Shown piece by piece: positions 46,884-51,525 of a stretch of DNA of 51,525 nt. This DNA comes from Candidatus Omnitrophota bacterium (GTDB lineage: Bacteria; Omnitrophota; Gorgyraeia; Zapsychrales; Fredricksoniimonadaceae). Within the stretch, counting starts at the first letter, position 1, and every line of letters starts with the position of its first letter. The stretch spans positions 1 to 51,525 of the forward strand of contig JADGCU010000006.1 of NCBI GenBank assembly GCA_015228785.1. The letters are read 5' to 3'. A program made the translations under genes and the position numbers. The notes under the pieces are model-generated. The model was not told the DNA's origin. It saw only the letters and a program-made list of their open reading frames with translations, and did not search any database.

Positions 46884-47372
46884 CTACTCAACCGGAATGT
46901 ACGACTTCATCGCACCCCAGGTCTTCTGGCCCACGACGCCATCTGACTTCAGGTTATGCTGTTTCTGAAATTCAATAACCGCGGCACGCGTCTTGCTGCC
47001 GATCTTCCCATCAATCTTTCCGTCATACAAACCAGCACCCTTAAGCGCCTTCTGTAAATCAACAGCCGTAACACCTGTTGCCTTAATGATAGGAGAAGCC
47101 TGTGTATTAACAGCCGAAGAACCTGTCTTAAAAGACCCGGAACCTTCATCCGACTCCTCCATGTCGACAGTCTTGCCACTCTCAATCTTTCCAGCAATCT
47201 CTTTAACCTCATATTTCAGATCAACAACTTCCTTCTCCTGTTGTTCCATACGCTGCTGCAAATCAGCGACATGATTTTGCAACTGATTAACCGGCGAAGG
47301 GGCTTGGGGCGTCGTCGCACATCCAGAAATGGCGAACGATACAAAAGCAATCATTAAAAAACGAGCAATCAC
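46884..47372 (-). CDS. Lipoprotein with coiled coil and peptidoglycan-binding (PG_binding_1) domain
   Basis: Lipobox ISGC, LQ.AL...G.Y.G.IDG.IG..T..AV..FQ....L..DGVVG..TW and an AAAGGAGG SD. Confidence 0.88.
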   Translation of the reverse strand: MIARFLMIAFVSFAISGCATTPQAPSPVNQLQNHVADLQQRMEQQEKEVVDLKYEVKEIAGKIESGKTVDMEESDEGSGSFKTGSSAVNTQASPIIKATGVTAVDLQKALKGAGLYDGKIDGKIGSKTRAAVIEFQKQHNLKSDGVVGQKTWGAMKSYIPVE

Positions 47373-47411
47373 GATGTCCTCCTTTAATTAAGTTTGATCC
47401 TGAATCTTATA

Positions 47412-48095
47412 TTACTGCGCTTCATGAACACTATCAACACTCTTTACTTCTAAAAGTCCCTTAACAACCAACGCAGGATGCGAAGGCAAAAGCGATTCGA
47501 AATCTTTTTTGGCTATCTCAAAATCATCATGAAGAGCCAACTCATATTCGAACCCGGGCTGCACAACCGGAAGCCCTCCAAACTTGACCCTCTCTTTGGT
47601 CCCGTTCACATCAAGCGTACCTAAATAATTCACCCGATCGAAAGCCATCTCAAAATCCAAAGCGACTGATTCCTCAGCAATCGTTGACCCAACGGGAATC
47701 GCAATGGCCGTGATCTCATACGAACCAACCGGGAGTTCCCAGTAAAAATATCCCGGTTCAATCACTCGTCCTTCTGCCCAAGGGACAACGCTCTGATTCG
47801 CCTTATCACCAATAATAAAGAAATACTTCTTCGCTGGATCATTCCGAGAGATAACCGTAAGACGTACATAAGCGGTCTTAAGAAGCCCCGCAAAGACCGT
47901 CTTTCCAAACCCAATCCCAACAGGAACAGAATCAATATCAAGCAACGTTTCGCTTGTCATCGAAACCTGTGCCACCTCAGGAGCACTCGCCGAGGGTGAA
48001 CGCACCTCATTCCCCTCAGGCTTCACACTACTCGAAAGAGCGGTACAGCCTGCCAGACAAATCAATAAAAGAAAGGCTGTCAGATTCCTAAACAT
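47412..48095 (-). CDS. Hypothetical lipoprotein
   Basis: Lipobox LAGC and a beta-rich body (ELPVGSYEI, VNYLGTL). Confidence 0.7.
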   Translation of the reverse strand: MFRNLTAFLLLICLAGCTALSSSVKPEGNEVRSPSASAPEVAQVSMTSETLLDIDSVPVGIGFGKTVFAGLLKTAYVRLTVISRNDPAKKYFFIIGDKANQSVVPWAEGRVIEPGYFYWELPVGSYEITAIAIPVGSTIAEESVALDFEMAFDRVNYLGTLDVNGTKERVKFGGLPVVQPGFEYELALHDDFEIAKKDFESLLPSHPALVVKGLLEVKSVDSVHEAQ

Positions 48096-48212
48096 GCTAA
48101 AAGGATCATTTATGAGATTTTAAAAACAGTGTCAGTTTAGCAAAAAGGATAGAGAACAGGTAGGAATAATTTGGAAAATAAACGGAGCAATAAAAATCCA
48201 GAAAACTATTTA

Positions 48213-51200
48213 TTACGCGCTCCCAGTCCCCATCTTGGCCTCAAGCTCAGAAAACAACGGCAAGGTAGAAGCCGGCTCAATCTTAAAGATCACAGGAACA
48301 AGACCATCGATCTTAATATTATCCAGATCCTGCTGACCAACCGGAAGAACCATGCCCTTCCCATCACGCCTGATCTGCATGTCCAAACTAGCAGCGCTAA
48401 AATCAATACCACCGGTCTTATCCATGGCTTTTTCAGACTCAATTGCCGACACCGTCATGGCCTTTTCAGAAATAAAAGGCGGTCGCACCGGCTTCACATC
48501 ACCAAATCTTTCACGCAAAGCATTAACCGCCCTGTCCTTTTGATAGATTGCGACCCATCGTTCATTTTCTGTAACCGCAGTATCTCTAAATTTCTGAAAG
48601 GTCCAAATAATCCAAGGAGCCGTTTCCTTTGTCGAGACTTCGATCAACAGTTCTCCCGACCACTTACGGGATTCAATATTGGCCCCGTGGTTCAAAAGAT
48701 TCTTACATAACGCAGGAACAGCACGTTCCTTGATAACTTCTTTAATTTCTCGATACGGGGCGCTACTGCCCCCGCTTCCCGCATTCTGGAAGGCCGAAGT
48801 ACTGATCAACTCATTTACCTTTTCCTCATCCGCCGCTACGCCCGTCATCGCCGGCTTTGGTGCCTCCTGAGCCTGCGGCCCCGCTATTGTCGTCACTCGG
48901 CTCGCTTTAATTTCCTCCACGGTCTCCCTAAACTTAGCAAGTTCTTGCCAACGGGTCATGCCCCCCAAACGAAAAGGATCCTTAAAATTCTGAACATACC
49001 AGGCCCATGCCGTCGACGCTGTGCTTTCAACAGGCCTCCCATTCCATCCAAAAGGGATATGAACTGACTTGTTTACATAAAGATATCCCTTCTTGTCGCC
49101 ATCAATACGACTTAAAGATTCCAGGCCCTTCGTCATGGATACCGCATCAGCCAGCGCCTCTTCTGCCCATGAAGGATGTGAATCTTTATAATGAAGTGAA
49201 AGCTCCAAACAAGCTGCGATGGCCCCGGCCGTCCACTCACCGCTAAAAACATCATGACTATCGGTATACCCTACCCCGAACAGTTTCCCATCCTCAGAAT
49301 ATCCAGAACGCGCTTTTGTGGTCTTCCACATACGATAAGAAGCTCCCTCCCCATACATCTCATCTAACTTCTTGGGAGAAAAAGAAACAATGCCCCATGT
49401 CTGGACATCAACCGCAAAATCACGATTTGGCCTGAATTCTTTCCCATCATACAAGCCCCCCTGATAGAGGATGCCCGCCTCTTTATCCAATCCATACTTT
49501 TTAATGTACTCTTCAATGCCATCCATCATTTTCTTATAACTAGAGTCTCCCGTAACTTCATACAACATTCTAAGGCCGGCGTAAGCGGAAAAATTATTCT
49601 CATTAGAAATATCATTTGGATTCTTCTCAAATGTCCCCTCCGGCGCATGATGGATAGCGCCTATATCATCAGTCAAAGCTTTGAACGCAGGAATAAGACT
49701 TTCGGCTAATTGAACCTCTTCACTATTACGAAGGATATTACCCCCATACTTCGCATGTGCGGTCTGAAGCGCTGCCATAATAATCCAGGCATTTTCACCC
49801 ATGATCGGTTTCCAGTCTTTCCATTCACTCTCTTCACCTGTTAAAGGATCAGCATCTTTCCATTTATCAGATACTGTGCGAAAAAATAATGCTTCACGGG
49901 GACCTAATACCTTCTTATCCTTTCCATATCTGAAATACTGCGAACCCGAAGCCCTGATGCTCCGCATCTCCCCCCATGAATCCGAGCGAAGTGTTCTAAT
50001 AAAAGTATTCGCCAAATTAAGATCTTTACGCTGAGGATCAAGAACTGAGGCGATCACACCGGCAGAACCATCATAAAAATTGAGGCTGCGATTAATCATC
50101 CGACGCTCTATCCCGTCTGGAATGGATTTCCACAAATCCAGTCTTTCTTTCAAATCTTTTGGGACCTTAAAACTACGGAGCATATTGTCTTCAAAAACAT
50201 TCCCCTTCAACCACATCATGGGATTCGCAGGTGCTTCGGCCGCTTGTAAAAAAGATGGCAGACTAAGAACCGCTAAAGCAGCGGCAGCCACTATTCCCCA
50301 ATATTTCTTGCGAACCGAGTTCAACGCCGAAGAACCTTCACTCTTCATCGCGGCCTCAGAAGTCTGCTTTAAAATCCAAGCACCTACCTCACGTACAACA
50401 TCATCAGACTCTCTCATGTAAGGCGCCACGGTGGCCATGCTCCCATGGGCACTCGCGTCATTCGTGCCATAACTGAACCGGATCATATTTAAAGGAGTAG
50501 GCGAAGAAGAAGACGGCGCCTGAAGATCCAGACCTTTCTCCTGCGTCGCCTTAGTTTTTAGCCCTTCTGACGGAAGAGGGACACTCCGCTCGATTGAGAA
50601 TGACTTTTGGGGCGGCGCCTCCCGGAATTGACCCTCTTTCGTCACCCGAACCTCGCCTGAAGATGTCCCCGAAAACACTTTGACCCAATCATCATCCTTG
50701 AGATCTGGATTCTCTTTCTTAAAATCATCCAGGACCTTCTTCATCTCCGCCCGTTGATCTTCCGGCGCAGCCGGTATGACAAGATCCCGGATCTGGGCCA
50801 ATGTATTTCCCCCGCCAACTGAAGTATACGTTGCGTTCGCATAGACCTCGCGCCCTTTCCACTCCTGACTCTTATCAGACCGCTCCTCATAAAACGGAAC
50901 CGGCTTAAGCGTATAAACCTTATGTCCCGGGACCATTTCCATGGAAAACTGGTCATCTGCGATCTTCCAGGTCGCCGGCGTTTCTGTCTCTGAAAGGAAC
51001 ACATGCGTTGCTGCAGGATTTTCTTTGACAACCTTCTCAAATTCAGACTTTAAAAGCTCTTTATCAACAGGGATTGATGTCTCATCGATCTGTTTTCGAA
51101 TGTCCGCGACCGTCGCATAACTTTGGCGCATGCTCATCATGGACGTCATCATCGGTGTCCCCTGCGGCACCTCTGAATGGATCGCCGGGGTTTCCGGAGA

Positions 51201-51525
51201 CCCGAACTCCAAGACTTGAGGAATTCTGGGACCGCCTTCCATCCCGGGCTGATTGACATATTCTTCAATAGCCTTCTGATATCGCGCCAACCTGTTGAGC
51301 CGTTGCCAATGCTGCGGATCAATGCGTACGGTCTTTAAAGTAACATCCCTGTCTAAAAGCATCTGGCCAGACGCGTCCAGGTAGTTTTTATTGTAGGGAT
51401 CATTCTTGAGCTTCTCATACTGCCAATAAAAGAACGTCTGCTTGCTTGAGACAAGCGTCTTCTTAAGATTCTCCTGAACATCTTCAGCCTGCCCCGCCTG
51501 TCTGCCGCCCTTCATATAAGTTTTG
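48213..51525 (-). CDS. 5'-truncated large modular protein with an internal signal-peptide-like segment, a six-hairpin glycosidase-like domain, a HEAT-like segment and a C-terminal GGID tail
   Basis: The frame stays open to the window edge. Contains GENAW, SNENN.SAY..L.ML...TGD, AVDVQTW, SGEWT.G and PFGW. C-terminus DKTGGIDF...GLVPVIFKIEP...LPLF matches the tail of 34960..39384. Confidence 0.8.
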   Translation of the reverse strand, partial: KTYMKGGRQAGQAEDVQENLKKTLVSSKQTFFYWQYEKLKNDPYNKNYLDASGQMLLDRDVTLKTVRIDPQHWQRLNRLARYQKAIEEYVNQPGMEGGPRIPQVLEFGSPETPAIHSEVPQGTPMMTSMMSMRQSYATVADIRKQIDETSIPVDKELLKSEFEKVVKENPAATHVFLSETETPATWKIADDQFSMEMVPGHKVYTLKPVPFYEERSDKSQEWKGREVYANATYTSVGGGNTLAQIRDLVIPAAPEDQRAEMKKVLDDFKKENPDLKDDDWVKVFSGTSSGEVRVTKEGQFREAPPQKSFSIERSVPLPSEGLKTKATQEKGLDLQAPSSSSPTPLNMIRFSYGTNDASAHGSMATVAPYMRESDDVVREVGAWILKQTSEAAMKSEGSSALNSVRKKYWGIVAAAALAVLSLPSFLQAAEAPANPMMWLKGNVFEDNMLRSFKVPKDLKERLDLWKSIPDGIERRMINRSLNFYDGSAGVIASVLDPQRKDLNLANTFIRTLRSDSWGEMRSIRASGSQYFRYGKDKKVLGPREALFFRTVSDKWKDADPLTGEESEWKDWKPIMGENAWIIMAALQTAHAKYGGNILRNSEEVQLAESLIPAFKALTDDIGAIHHAPEGTFEKNPNDISNENNFSAYAGLRMLYEVTGDSSYKKMMDGIEEYIKKYGLDKEAGILYQGGLYDGKEFRPNRDFAVDVQTWGIVSFSPKKLDEMYGEGASYRMWKTTKARSGYSEDGKLFGVGYTDSHDVFSGEWTAGAIAACLELSLHYKDSHPSWAEEALADAVSMTKGLESLSRIDGDKKGYLYVNKSVHIPFGWNGRPVESTASTAWAWYVQNFKDPFRLGGMTRWQELAKFRETVEEIKASRVTTIAGPQAQEAPKPAMTGVAADEEKVNELISTSAFQNAGSGGSSAPYREIKEVIKERAVPALCKNLLNHGANIESRKWSGELLIEVSTKETAPWIIWTFQKFRDTAVTENERWVAIYQKDRAVNALRERFGDVKPVRPPFISEKAMTVSAIESEKAMDKTGGIDFSAASLDMQIRRDGKGMVLPVGQQDLDNIKIDGLVPVIFKIEPASTLPLFSELEAKMGTGSA
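48423..48470 (-). repeat. 15-nt direct repeat (14/15 identical, 33-nt period) encoding SEKAM twice
   Basis: Plus strand catggctttttcaga at 48423-48437 and catggccttttcaga at 48456-48470. Confidence 0.75.

Noticed and set aside
1-51525. CRISPR arrays, tRNA/rRNA genes, transposases, integrases or prophage genes
   Set aside because: No regularly spaced repeats, RNA-gene signatures or mobile-element proteins were seen by eye. A covariance-model scan would be needed to exclude small RNAs.

Overview
Bacterial chromosomal window with almost all genes on the minus strand. The lineage is most likely Candidatus Omnitrophota (OP3); this is inferred from the style of the large GGID-tailed proteins and the pilus locus and was not verified. 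Four blocks are visible. (1) 1-23.3 kb is an AT-richer surface-glycan/modification island directly downstream of a type IV major pilin. It holds three paralogous secreted arylsulfotransferases, a eukaryote-type GT43 glucuronyltransferase, GT2/GT4/GT28/GT-C glycosyltransferases, two FAD oxidoreductases, five radical SAM enzymes, an FkbM methyltransferase and a CapK/PaaK-like ligase. (2) 23.4-30.8 kb is a type IV pilus/T2SS-like locus: a pilin with a long structured leader, a coiled-coil protein, PilC, and two PilB ATPases bracketed by two stand-alone MshEN proteins. (3) 30.9-48.1 kb carries housekeeping, envelope and signalling genes (rodA, a MEMO-AMMECR1 fusion, DoxX, DsbA, three CheY-like receivers plus a CheX-like protein, LpoB, SPOR, a DnaQ-like exonuclease, a PfkB kinase, lipoproteins). 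(4) Two large modular proteins (34960-39384, and 48213 to the window end) carry unrelated enzyme cargo domains separated by short 'AM' linkers and share a C-terminal DKTGGID...G[FL]VPVIF.I.P...LP tail. The best candidates for undescribed systems are this carrier/polyprotein family and the GT43 + sulfotransferase (sulfo-glucuronyl-like) glycan pathway. No rRNA, tRNA, CRISPR array or mobile element was recognised. All family calls come from reading motifs by eye; no searches were run.
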